Shown here piece after piece: positions 17,984 to 26,915 of a DNA stretch of 64,000 nucleotides. A program made the translations under genes and the position numbers. The DNA comes from an uncultured Candidatus Saccharibacteria bacterium (GTDB lineage: Bacteria > Patescibacteriota > Doudnabacteria > UBA920), in contig CAZHIA010000003.1 in the NCBI GenBank assembly GCA_964532425.1, forward strand, positions 117,365 to 181,364, given 5' to 3'. The notes under the pieces were generated by a model that saw nothing but the letters and a program-made list of their open reading frames with translations, searched no databases and was not told the DNA's origin. Numbering within the stretch: the stretch's first letter is position 1; every line of letters starts with the position of its first letter.

Positions 17984-19198
17984 TTATAAGCCCCAAGGAA
18001 TGCGGAGAAAATCATCCCTCGTGGACAAAACTCCGGGCAGCAGCCCGTCCCCCATCACCGCGGCAAAAATCATACCAAGGTTGGACCAATCAGTGATGGG
18101 CTTTTGGAGAAGGTCGCGAAGCCGGTAGACCTCTACGTATGTTTGCTCGGTCTCGCTAGCGTTCCCTTGCGGCAGGCCATTCTGCTGTTCCGCAATCCGC
18201 ATCTCTTCGTGGGTAAGTTCAACCGAAAAACAGTGAGCCTTGTGAGCGGTAGTCGTACCGGCGAGCTGACGGACGGGCATTTCATTGAGACGGTCCGGAT
18301 CAATTTTGATGCTGGTTTCTTCGAAAAATTCTTTTGCCGCCGTTACCTTGGGCTGTTCCGGCTTGAAACCGGAGCCGCCGGGCACCTCGCGGATAAAACC
18401 GTCAGGGGTCGACGCTGTCGAGCGGAACTCCTTGACCAAAAGAACTTTGGTGGCTAGAAGATCATTCCCGTTCCGGCAGTAAGCCACTATGTGCTTGATG
18501 TCCGGCCGGCCGATGACGATCTCGTTGGTCTTATTCCGATTTTCCGCAGTGACATGAATGTTGGCGTGGATAGCCCAATAGAGCAAGAAGCCTTTCTTCG
18601 GACCCACGCCGAATGCAAGTTCCACCTTGGCGCCGTCGAGCCTGTTGCCGGCGTTCTTCTGTGCCTGCAGCCAGGATTGGAAATGTGCGAGACGCCAAAT
18701 GTGCAGTGGCACCTGACACTCGCCACCGACACGTTCCGCACCCTTGCCGATCTTGGCAAGCGCGGTCTGAATAACCTGACCCATGTCGTTTGACCACTCG
18801 ACAAAATTCCGTTCTGCGAGATAGCTGAGAAACCTGGTCTTCGGCGCGCCTTTCGGAAAACCGAGAACGATGTTTCGGCCGGCGACGCGCTGTCCGAATT
18901 CCACATTCGTCGTAAAGCCGGGTAACTTCTCGAGCTCGCGCGGCACCCAGAATACGATGATGTCGCTCTGATCTTGTGCTTGCTGTTCCCAATCCGCTTG
19001 CGCTTGGTAGCCGGGCGGAAATTTCCCGTCGCGAGGCAGAGGGACAAACACATGGCCTTCAAAACCCGCTTGTTCTAAAGCGGCAAGAAATTCATCGCGC
19101 CACGACGCTGTCTCACTGTCGCGAGGGCTTGGGCCGGCGAGAAATATGGCGGCAGTTACTTTTGTCGGCAACGGTTCCTGCGCATAAATGACTTCCAT
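17984..19198 (-). CDS. Fusion protein: N-terminal nucleoside 2-deoxyribosyltransferase-like (LOG/NDT superfamily) domain plus a C-terminal Nudix-like domain.
   Basis: N-terminus AIFLAGPSPRD (cf. KIYLAGP) and catalytic-Glu block TNVEFGQ. The C-terminus has a degenerate Nudix box GSGFKPEQPKVTAAKEFFEETSI (Gx5Ex7[K]EUxEEx[S]U). SD AGGAGG/AAGGAG before MEVIYAQ. Confidence 0.6.
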   Translation of the reverse strand: MEVIYAQEPLPTKVTAAIFLAGPSPRDSETASWRDEFLAALEQAGFEGHVFVPLPRDGKFPPGYQAQADWEQQAQDQSDIIVFWVPRELEKLPGFTTNVEFGQRVAGRNIVLGFPKGAPKTRFLSYLAERNFVEWSNDMGQVIQTALAKIGKGAERVGGECQVPLHIWRLAHFQSWLQAQKNAGNRLDGAKVELAFGVGPKKGFLLYWAIHANIHVTAENRNKTNEIVIGRPDIKHIVAYCRNGNDLLATKVLLVKEFRSTASTPDGFIREVPGGSGFKPEQPKVTAAKEFFEETSIKIDPDRLNEMPVRQLAGTTTAHKAHCFSVELTHEEMRIAEQQNGLPQGNASETEQTYVEVYRLRDLLQKPITDWSNLGMIFAAVMGDGLLPGVLSTRDDFLRIPWGL

Positions 19199-19342
19199 TG
19201 CAATTCTCCTTTTCTGTTCCTCCTGCTGAGTATAGCTCACGATAATACTATATAATGGCTGCCAGGTCAAACTGGAACAGCTCCCACTCTTGACAAATTA
19301 GCCAGAATATGCTACTGTATAAAGTATATTTTTATTGATAGG

Positions 19343-19370
19343 AAATTGATCATGCGAGAGAATGATCAAT
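19343..19370. promoter_or_regulatory. Inverted repeat aattgatcat-N8-atgatcaatt upstream of a small membrane-protein gene; candidate operator.
   Basis: 10-bp perfect arms. Confidence 0.45.
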
Positions 19371-19421
19371 TTTCTCTCAGTAAAACAACAAGAATTACTG
19401 AGAAAGGTTAAGGAGGATTCC

Positions 19422-19637
19422 ATGATTATCAGACTTGCGTTCATGTTGCAGTATTTCTTTCTCTTTTTCCCGGAAGCGATACTGCGCTTCTGGTTCGTAC
19501 ACCTGATCCCGGTCCTCGTACTGACCGGAACCGCGTTGTATACCCACTCCTGGACTCCGTACATCTGGATCGCCCCGCTCGCCGTTCTGGCGAGTGCAGC
19601 GGTCTGCACGATCGTCGGTATTTTCAGCCGGCCATAA
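19422..19637 (+). CDS. Small membrane protein (72 aa).
   Basis: AAGGAGG SD; two hydrophobic helices; terminator hairpins at 19651-19733. Confidence 0.45.
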   Translation: MIIRLAFMLQYFFLFFPEAILRFWFVHLIPVLVLTGTALYTHSWTPYIWIAPLAVLASAAVCTIVGIFSRP

Positions 19638-19650
19638 TAACGCCGCAAAC

Positions 19651-19733
19651 TCGACCGACTCCGCCCGTTCAAGGTTTAAACCTTGCGGGCGCTTTCTTTT
19701 ATCTATAAAAAAGAACCTCGAACGTACGTTCGA
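19651..19733. terminator. Two adjacent terminator hairpins (cgcccgttcaaggtttaaaccttgcgggcg + T-run; aacctcgaacgtacgttcgaggtt).
   Basis: Convergent gene ends on both sides. Confidence 0.7.
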
Positions 19734-19753
19734 GGTTTGTTGGTTATTTGCGG

Positions 19754-19993
19754 TCACCCCCGACAGCGAGCCGGGCAATCCTTGTCGTGGGTTTCCCATA
19801 CTTTTGCCAGATGCGGAAGGGCGCACCTTCTCAAGAAAGCGGCATACCGGCCGTCAACACCGCACTCACAGGGTGGCGGCATGGGTTCTGGCCTGACGTT
19901 CCTTTTTTGCAAACGCTCCCGTAGCGAGTCGAGTTGAGCCCTTCTCTGTTCTTCCATCCTCTCGACCAGCAGGGTCATACTAAAGCATCCCAT
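19754..19993 (-). CDS. Small Cys-containing hypothetical protein.
   Basis: SD GGGGGAAAAG before MGCFSMTLL. Confidence 0.4.
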   Translation of the reverse strand: MGCFSMTLLVERMEEQRRAQLDSLRERLQKRNVRPEPMPPPCECGVDGRYAAFLRRCALPHLAKVWETHDKDCPARCRG

Positions 19994-20025
19994 ACTTTTC
20001 CCCCTTGCCGTATCAGGCAAAAGTT

Positions 20026-20292
20026 CTATTCCACCAGCACGTCCCCGTCCACGACCGGCAGGGCGAGGCCATTATGGGTATTGAAGAACTCGGCGAAGGC
20101 TTGCGGGTCTTCGATGGTAGGGCTTTTCTCGATTATGAAGCCGTGCGTGCCCCATTTATCTTTGACGAACTTGAGTGCGTCTTGAGCACTCATTTTCACG
20201 CCAGGACCAAGCCTGCACTTTTCCTGTCCGAGAGAATACGGAATGCATGGATGGTTGCAGACGAAACCAACATACTGATCTGTTCTGGTCAT
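20026..20292 (-). CDS. Hypothetical protein (88 aa).
   Basis: SD AAGGAGGAG directly before the ATG. Confidence 0.5.
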   Translation of the reverse strand: MTRTDQYVGFVCNHPCIPYSLGQEKCRLGPGVKMSAQDALKFVKDKWGTHGFIIEKSPTIEDPQAFAEFFNTHNGLALPVVDGDVLVE

Positions 20293-20456
20293 TACTCCTC
20301 CTTGTGGACCTCATACTTTCGCATGTAATTCAGATTTTGTCAAGAGAGCTCCTATAATAAATAAACATGTATAGATGACTTCCCTGCCCCCAAACTCTTC
20401 GGAGTCCGGAGTTTTTTAAATTCCGAACCGCCACTTCCTGATGATATAATAGAGTT

Positions 20457-21008
20457 ATGGTTTTCTTACGGAAACAAAAAGGATTCACGCTCATCGAATT
20501 ACTGGTTGTGATCAGCATTATTGGGCTGCTGGCCAGTGTCGTTTTAGTTTCCCTCAATTCCGCGCGCAAAAAGTCGCGATTGGCGAAACGAGCCACGGAT
20601 CTGACCCAAATTCGAAAAGCGTTGGAGCTCTACTATAACGAAAACAACAGTTACCCAGTAGCTGGCCCTTACTACTGGAGCGAATGCGCAGGCACATCAT
20701 GGAGTTGGGTGCAGAAACCGAAGAACCAATGGATCCCCGGTTTAGTCCCCACGTATGTTTCCGGCTTGCCGACAGACCCGAACATGGACGCAGTAAACAG
20801 CACATCGTGTTATGCATACTATTCAAACGGTACCGACTATTCGCTTATTGACCATGCCGTATCCGAATTTTCTTCGGCAGATTATTTATCCCATCCCGAA
20901 TTGGTGGACCAGGCTAGAGACGGGGGCAGCAATTGCACGTCCATTGACGGAACAGCCCCCTGGTCTTGGAAGCTTGCCACGCCAGGGGCCATCACTAACT
21001 GCTGGTAA
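20457..21008 (+). CDS. Type IV pilin / pseudopilin with a prepilin-type N-terminal cleavage/methylation domain.
   Basis: KGFTLIELLVVISIIGLLASVVLVSL class-III signal sequence. Confidence 0.85.
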   Translation: MVFLRKQKGFTLIELLVVISIIGLLASVVLVSLNSARKKSRLAKRATDLTQIRKALELYYNENNSYPVAGPYYWSECAGTSWSWVQKPKNQWIPGLVPTYVSGLPTDPNMDAVNSTSCYAYYSNGTDYSLIDHAVSEFSSADYLSHPELVDQARDGGSNCTSIDGTAPWSWKLATPGAITNCW

Positions 21009-21040
21009 ATCCTCCCAAAATGGAATGGGAGGATTTTTTG
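21009..21040 (+). terminator. Rho-independent terminator atcctccc-aaaatggaat-gggaggat + TTTTTTG.
   Basis: Seen directly in the sequence. Confidence 0.75.
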
Positions 21041-21253
21041 TCATTGGTTTTTGACTATTGCATTTTCTACAAAAAAGAGTTATATTTAAAACCAAAATTG
21101 TTCCTTGCCATATTTAAAAGAGGATATTTGCTACCGGCTGAGAGGCATAGAATTTATGAGGAGGTTATGCCCCTCAGCCGGTATCCATGCGCATGTATGG
21201 TGCTGCTGGGGCTCTTTTCGCATGAAAAGGGAAATCCAACAAAGAGAGAGTGT

Positions 21254-22144
21254 ATGAACTACAACACCTTGTTGTCGCAAGCACGACAGCTGATTCTGGA
21301 CCATTATCTGGCACTGGAGCATCCTCCTGCTGCAGCCGAAGGCTCGGCGGATGAATTCATCCGCAAGCTCAAAGCTGCGGGCGGGACCTCAGCCGATGCC
21401 CTGAAGATGGTCTCTTGGGAAGACCTGCGCGATCTCGGCTTGCCGCCGCTGCTCGCCAAATCCGTTGCGAAAGTATTTCGCGGCGGAGATGGCAGCGAAG
21501 AAAAGCCGCAGCATACCAGCGAGAAAAAGGCGCGTCGCATGCCGTTTAAGCAGTTGCTGGAACTTTACGATCCGGCGGATGCGGACAACGAGATCGGCAA
21601 GCGCCTGCGCGAGGTTTCCAACGGGCAGAGATTCATCATCTTCCAAAACGGAAAGGTGCTGGTCGAACCCTCGGCTACCCTGCTTGATGAAATTCGCCAA
21701 GGGTTTCCGGACCGTGAAGTCTTCATGGTCGAAGGACAGCCCCTCAAGACCTATCGAGTGGGAGAACGCCCCGGCAACTATGCGGATGAAAATCCGCTCT
21801 ACCCCGGACGCGCACTCCGCCCCAACGGCGACTGCGACCAGACCAATCGCAATTGGACTGGCGTGGACGACGAGATCCGTACTCTCCTGTACCTGGCTGT
21901 GAAAGATACGGGCGAACTGAAGATCTCCCGCCTCAAAGATGCGCACGACGCTTTAGACCTGGTCATCGGTAAGTCCAAGGAAGAAGCGCGCCGCGCCATC
22001 TGCACCTACTACCCGCATGCCTGCCAGCAATACAACGAGCTCAAGGAGATCGGCCAGCTGCCGAGCTTGAAGCTTGCCCGTACTCAGGCAGGAAGCAACC
22101 GCAGGAATGATCCGTTCGGTGTAGGAACGAATCGCACCTTCTAA
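21254..22144 (+). CDS. Hypothetical protein (about 297 aa). The start is uncertain because the upstream in-frame ATG at 21020 lies inside the pilin terminator.
   Basis: Long ORF with no recognisable motifs. Confidence 0.5.
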   Translation: MNYNTLLSQARQLILDHYLALEHPPAAAEGSADEFIRKLKAAGGTSADALKMVSWEDLRDLGLPPLLAKSVAKVFRGGDGSEEKPQHTSEKKARRMPFKQLLELYDPADADNEIGKRLREVSNGQRFIIFQNGKVLVEPSATLLDEIRQGFPDREVFMVEGQPLKTYRVGERPGNYADENPLYPGRALRPNGDCDQTNRNWTGVDDEIRTLLYLAVKDTGELKISRLKDAHDALDLVIGKSKEEARRAICTYYPHACQQYNELKEIGQLPSLKLARTQAGSNRRNDPFGVGTNRTF

Positions 22145-22216
22145 ACAGGCCGGTGGCGCCTTGGAAGTTTTTATAATTCCGGGCGCCTCTTATTTCATTT
22201 TCACAAGGAGAATTGT

Positions 22217-23377
22217 ATGTACAACCACTACACTTGCAACACCGAGAACGCCCTCATGAAGGTGAATGGCCTGTTCGCTGAATTCAACATGCCTAAGGCT
22301 CGCCCGCAGAAATTCCGTAAGTCGGACGGCATTGTTATCATTCCCACTCCCGAAACAGACCCTCAAGAGCTTGTCGGTGCGGTTGAAATGGAACAATCGC
22401 TGCCGGAATACAACCAGCAGCCGGTCTACATGGTGGACAATTATCCGGCCTGCCCGGATTCGTGGATGCGAGGCTCGGCCACGGCCAGTTCGTACTTTGT
22501 CGGCGTAGAAGCCGAACACGGCATGTGGCTGGACTTCAACCGCAATCGCAGCCACACCCACCATGTTGCCGTGCTCATTTCTGTCCAGGGCGTAAGTCCT
22601 CTTACCGCCCAGCCGACCCGCGACAATAAGCTGGAACAGTACAAGACCAACTGTCCGGTACACAACATACCGTTCGAGGCGGAGCGGTACTGTCCGGCCT
22701 GCAAATATAAGTGGCCGCCGCAAAACTACTTGGCGTCCAATGCCACACCCGGAGGGCTACTGTGGCTGGACGGTTTTTTGACCAAGGAAGGCGTGGTGCG
22801 CCAGTACGTGTTCACCAAAGACCAGGCGCGCGGGGTTGCCGCGCAAATTATCGGCAATCAGAGGGTGTTCGCTATCGGCATCAGTTTCTATTTGTCGAAG
22901 CAACCAAAACCCCTTCCGCGATTCGAACGACCCCGATATCGGTCGATGAGCTTTTTGTCCGATGCAACACTCGGCGAAAAGAGCATCGGGTGTTTGGGCG
23001 GAGATGACAACTGGGACGACATCGCCGTTGCTGACGGCGTAGCTGTCGAACCCCAATCATACACTTCGTTTGAAACGCTCGGTGTGCACGAACCGGTAAC
23101 TCGCGGTGCACTCCGAAGCCGCGGAGCCAGGAAAAGCCTGGCATCCAGGGAACGGCTCGAAGTCGCCGCTGGCGCGAAGATCAGCCAGCGCGTCTACGAA
23201 GACCCGGAGAGCCTGGATTTCTGGCAGAGCGAACCTGCCGGAACGCTGTACATCAATTATGCACCGGTCGAACTGGTGCAGGAGATCCTGGCTGCCGGCA
23301 TGGCAGACCGGGACCAAGGAGGAGAAGGACCATTAGCCGGCCTCAAAGTCGGCCATCCGGCCCACTATAACGAATAA
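22217..23377 (+). CDS. Hypothetical protein (386 aa), Cys-containing.
   Basis: AAGGAG SD; terminator at 23386-23417. Confidence 0.6.
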   Translation: MYNHYTCNTENALMKVNGLFAEFNMPKARPQKFRKSDGIVIIPTPETDPQELVGAVEMEQSLPEYNQQPVYMVDNYPACPDSWMRGSATASSYFVGVEAEHGMWLDFNRNRSHTHHVAVLISVQGVSPLTAQPTRDNKLEQYKTNCPVHNIPFEAERYCPACKYKWPPQNYLASNATPGGLLWLDGFLTKEGVVRQYVFTKDQARGVAAQIIGNQRVFAIGISFYLSKQPKPLPRFERPRYRSMSFLSDATLGEKSIGCLGGDDNWDDIAVADGVAVEPQSYTSFETLGVHEPVTRGALRSRGARKSLASRERLEVAAGAKISQRVYEDPESLDFWQSEPAGTLYINYAPVELVQEILAAGMADRDQGGEGPLAGLKVGHPAHYNE

Positions 23378-23385
23378 CCCTCAAC

Positions 23386-23417
23386 GGGCGCCGCTTCATT
23401 GCGGCGCCCGTTTTTTT
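23386..23417 (+). terminator. Rho-independent terminator gggcgccgc-ttcatt-gcggcgccc + TTTTTTT.
   Basis: Seen directly in the sequence. Confidence 0.8.
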
Positions 23418-23583
23418 GTTGTTATTATTTTTTTGTTTTGTAAAAATCCAAATTGTTCTACATTTTACTGCATATGCAGTAAAATGTAGAATAATTTAAT
23501 AGATAAATTTCATCACTGTTATGCTTTTCAAAAATTTATATACAAGTTAGAAAAACAGGCAGCGCGGAGCGCTGCCTGTAGTG

Positions 23584-24546
23584 TTAGGTGAACCGCTTGG
23601 TAAATGCCCCACTGCGGTCGATATGGTCGAGGTCCGGCCGCTCGCTCGAGATGCCGACACGATGCCGGCCCGGCGCAACCTGGAGTGATCCTTCGAGGAT
23701 CTTCAGGCTGTGGGGCGTACCGAACTTTTTCCTGCGTGCGAACGCAGCCAAATGTTCGTTATGAAAGACTTTGAGGTCTCTGTACACTTCGCCGGTCAGG
23801 CGCATCATTTTTGATGCGCAGTCATAGTGAGCTTCCAAAAGTTCCCGGGCTTGCCGGGAGTTCTCGGGAAAGCACGCTGCGATCTCATCCAATCTCTGGC
23901 CAACACCCAGATCCCCCATTGGCTGCACCGCGACCGGAACTGTTATGGGGGTACGAGGATTTTGCAACTGCGTCAACTGTATCAACTTTTTCCCAGCCGC
24001 ATTGCCGGACCGACCCACCGAATGGACTTTGTCCAGCCAGATGCGGGAGCTGACAAGCATATCGGCAATTCCCCCAAAACCTTCAATCACCACAACAGAT
24101 ACCCGCTGTGCAGGGGAAGCAATCTTCAGTGCAGTAAACACCTCAACTCCGGCACCCGGGCCGCCGCCGATGACAACCATCGCATCGGAAGCTTTCACAA
24201 AAACCTGTGTTTCATCGCCGTACCGGCTCTCCCCCATTTGCGGCGGCACGACAATGGCTAAATCCAACTCCGGATGCTGGTGCTTTTTCCCACACTCGGG
24301 CAGCACACCTATAACGCAGAAGCCCGCCTTTTTGGCCAAGCTTGCAACCGCATCTGAAAGATTCCATTTGGTTCCGCCGGTCATAATGGCGATACGCGAA
24401 GCATATTCTTTCAACTCTTCGAATAATTCGGCAAGGATGTCAAGAACCTTCTGTTCATCGCCATCGAGATAACCGCCGGAAAACGAGACCACCCACTCCA
24501 GCCCGTGCTGTTTCTTAAACCCCTGAAGCAATGTACCGTAGTCCAT
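23584..24546 (-). CDS. LOG/SLOG-like (TIGR00725/DprA-LOG superfamily) Rossmann-fold protein with an uncharacterised C-terminal extension of about 130 aa.
   Basis: Motifs VVSFSGGYLDGDEQ, GTKWNLSDAVASLAKKAGFCVIGVLPE and VVIGGGPGAGVEVFTALKIA (cf. LOG PGGxGTxEE). SD GAAGGAGG before MDYGTLL. Confidence 0.55.
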   Translation of the reverse strand: MDYGTLLQGFKKQHGLEWVVSFSGGYLDGDEQKVLDILAELFEELKEYASRIAIMTGGTKWNLSDAVASLAKKAGFCVIGVLPECGKKHQHPELDLAIVVPPQMGESRYGDETQVFVKASDAMVVIGGGPGAGVEVFTALKIASPAQRVSVVVIEGFGGIADMLVSSRIWLDKVHSVGRSGNAAGKKLIQLTQLQNPRTPITVPVAVQPMGDLGVGQRLDEIAACFPENSRQARELLEAHYDCASKMMRLTGEVYRDLKVFHNEHLAAFARRKKFGTPHSLKILEGSLQVAPGRHRVGISSERPDLDHIDRSGAFTKRFT

Positions 24547-24649
24547 ATTCCTCCTTCGTATTCCTGGTATTGAAACACATATTTCAAAGCCGGTCAATAC
24601 AAAATACCGCAGGTCCTTTCGGAGCCTGCGGTGTTGAAATGCTCAGGTG

Positions 24650-25675
24650 CTATTTCTCCAAAGTTCTTGCCGTGGCCAGCTGCCTGACCCGGAGCAACTC
24701 GGTTGTCCTGAGTACGAAATCGATGGCAATGCGATGCTCCTCGCTGAACGGTTCTTCGCCGCTCAGCGCTTTTTCCATTTTGGCGCAGCAGGCTTGGTAG
24801 AGCTCGAAGCTCAGTGATGTCTTACTCTCAAGCAAGGCTCTGACCTGGTTCTCGCTGCCAGGCTGGAGCGCTTTCATCATTGTGCTCTGATTCCACAACC
24901 GGCGCAATCGCGCCCCGCGCACATCTTCCAGATCCTTGCGAACCTGGTCAAATCCTGCTCCGGCCGAAGCGAGCCAGTGCAGCGAATGCATAGCCGCGTA
25001 GTCGGAAAATTCCCTGTCACCGGAACGATCAGCTTCATCCAGGTAATGGTGCAGGTCATCAGCCAGAAACGGCCGGTTATGACACTCGGCGCAGACCACG
25101 CTGTCGATGCTGTAGAGATGAAAGTTAACCGACACCTGCTTGCCGCAGATGGAGCACTTCTTCCCCCACAGCATTTTGTCGAAGTCCCAGTCCCCTGCCG
25201 GAGCCACGCCGCGCGCAGCCAATGTCTGCAGCTTTTCCTCACTGATGCCGCTTAAAAGATCCCACTGGTCGAACCGGCCCATATCGAGCAAGTCCTCGCA
25301 CTCGCGGTCGGCGTACAATTCCCAACGGACCGAAGTGCACAGGCGGCCGGCGCGCCAATTGGCAATAAGAATTTTGGCCGCATCCGGATCATTGAGCGTT
25401 TTGCCCACCAGGCGCTGGTGCTTGCCGTTGAAATCGAGCAAAAAGCGGACTATGGCAGTCTCGCCTGTTTTGCCCTGCGGCTGCATCCAGAACAGGCAGC
25501 GATACGGAGCCCGTTCCGCGGAATGCAAGCTGCGCCAATAAGCCATGGCTTGTTCAGCTGTGTGGCAATGCGGGTAAATGGGTTCCAGCTCGGATTTTAC
25601 CAAGCCGGTGCCGACCAGCGGATGCATCTGGACCGGAAGCTGAGGAAGTGGAGGAATAACAACAAGTTCATTCAT
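24650..25675 (-). CDS. Uncharacterised Zn-ribbon protein, paralog B of 25691-26767.
   Basis: Shares the core ...TSVRWELYAD...GDWDFD...CSICGK...CAEC with the upstream gene; 15-bp gap to the upstream stop. Confidence 0.6.
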   Translation of the reverse strand: MNELVVIPPLPQLPVQMHPLVGTGLVKSELEPIYPHCHTAEQAMAYWRSLHSAERAPYRCLFWMQPQGKTGETAIVRFLLDFNGKHQRLVGKTLNDPDAAKILIANWRAGRLCTSVRWELYADRECEDLLDMGRFDQWDLLSGISEEKLQTLAARGVAPAGDWDFDKMLWGKKCSICGKQVSVNFHLYSIDSVVCAECHNRPFLADDLHHYLDEADRSGDREFSDYAAMHSLHWLASAGAGFDQVRKDLEDVRGARLRRLWNQSTMMKALQPGSENQVRALLESKTSLSFELYQACCAKMEKALSGEEPFSEEHRIAIDFVLRTTELLRVRQLATARTLEK

Positions 25676-25690
25676 AGAGGTCCATCCTTT

Positions 25691-26767
25691 CTAGTTCTGT
25701 ATGACAGCGGCCCGGTCTTGAAACCTGCACGCATGGTTGAGTATGACTTCGTTGATGAGTTGGGGCAGTGCTATTTGCACGTATTGCGGTGAACAGCCAA
25801 GAAGCGCTTCGCGAGTGCGCTGCAAGCTTCCGCTTTGGAGCAACTCGCCGAATTTCCACACCTGCCCAATAAACATTGTCCAATCCTCCGTGCTGGTTTC
25901 CATCAGGAATTTCTTGAACCCTTCCCGGAGATAATGGATGGTCATGAACTTGAACAAGCTCTGGCGCACAATCGCGTGCAGCATTTCCTGCTGACCGCCG
26001 TAGAATGCCGCCTTCTCGTCATCCATGGCCGCACCGGCCTGGACCGTAATCCACCAGTACGCTACGGAATTCGGGGCCGGATCGACGAACTGCTGAATAG
26101 AGAACGCCCCACTCTCTTCACCTGCCGGGTAAAGCGCAAGCCGTTCCTGGCGCTGCCGAAACTTCAGCAGCAAGCGGTTAATGATTCTGCCGCTTTGATC
26201 CCTGCCTGCCGGCTCGCCACACTGCTCGCACGGGAAATGTGGAACGTAAAGGACTGAGGTGCGGTTGCACACTCCCTTGCAGTTCGGACATTTATGGGTC
26301 AGGATGATGTTATCAAAATCCCAGTCCCCGTTTAAGGCCAAGCCTTTGCGGGTCAGGACCGAGAGATCATCGATTGTGGGCAAAAGATCACGCAGATCGA
26401 ACCGGCCGCGTTCAACGAGATTGGTCAGGGCAAAGTCCGCGTACAGTTCCCAGCGCACGGAAGTCAGACTACTCCCTGCCGCAAAGTTGCCGATCAGGAC
26501 CCGAATGGCATCCAAGTCGCATGTTATTTTGCCGACCAGCAAATCATCGCTCTTCCGCGTGCGTTTGCGGTTGACCACATGGCGCAAGAAGGCTTGCCCG
26601 CGGGATTCCTCTATCCAAAAAATAGCCCGTTCCGGCTGGTTTTCCGCTGAGAAGACATCGCGGAAGCTGGCGAACAACTGACGGGTAAAATCGCTTGATT
26701 GCCCAGCCGGCACCACCCTATGTAAGGAGGTACTAGCTGCAACCAGCGATTGGGCATCGTTTTCCAT
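25691..26767 (-). CDS. Uncharacterised Zn-ribbon protein, paralog A and first gene of the three-gene operon.
   Basis: SD CAGGAGG before MENDAQS; motifs TSVRWELYAD, GDWDFD and CPNCKG...CEQCG. Confidence 0.6.
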   Translation of the reverse strand: MENDAQSLVAASTSLHRVVPAGQSSDFTRQLFASFRDVFSAENQPERAIFWIEESRGQAFLRHVVNRKRTRKSDDLLVGKITCDLDAIRVLIGNFAAGSSLTSVRWELYADFALTNLVERGRFDLRDLLPTIDDLSVLTRKGLALNGDWDFDNIILTHKCPNCKGVCNRTSVLYVPHFPCEQCGEPAGRDQSGRIINRLLLKFRQRQERLALYPAGEESGAFSIQQFVDPAPNSVAYWWITVQAGAAMDDEKAAFYGGQQEMLHAIVRQSLFKFMTIHYLREGFKKFLMETSTEDWTMFIGQVWKFGELLQSGSLQRTREALLGCSPQYVQIALPQLINEVILNHACRFQDRAAVIQN

Positions 26768-26915
26768 GATTTCAAATTCCTCCTGTCATGTCTTTGATTA
26801 AGACGTTTGAAATCTGCCAGACCCGCAGCCTGAGGCTGTCAGGTTCCCTTAACAATTTCATAATCCTGACGTTCCGTCAAGCTCTAAAAAAAACTCATTG
26901 TGGTATAATAACCGC

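Noticed and set aside
18487-19062. Several Arg/Ser-rich ORFs (18487-19062, 18531-18992, 18104-18457) inside the 17984-19198 locus.
   Set aside because: They are alternate-frame or antisense artefacts of the long minus-strand gene, with no RBS and low-complexity composition.
21020-21253. A long 5' extension of ORF 21020-22144 that starts right after the pilin gene.
   Set aside because: The ATG at 21020 lies inside the pilin Rho-independent terminator hairpin (atcctccc...gggaggat + T-run), so 21254 (MNYN...) is preferred as the start.
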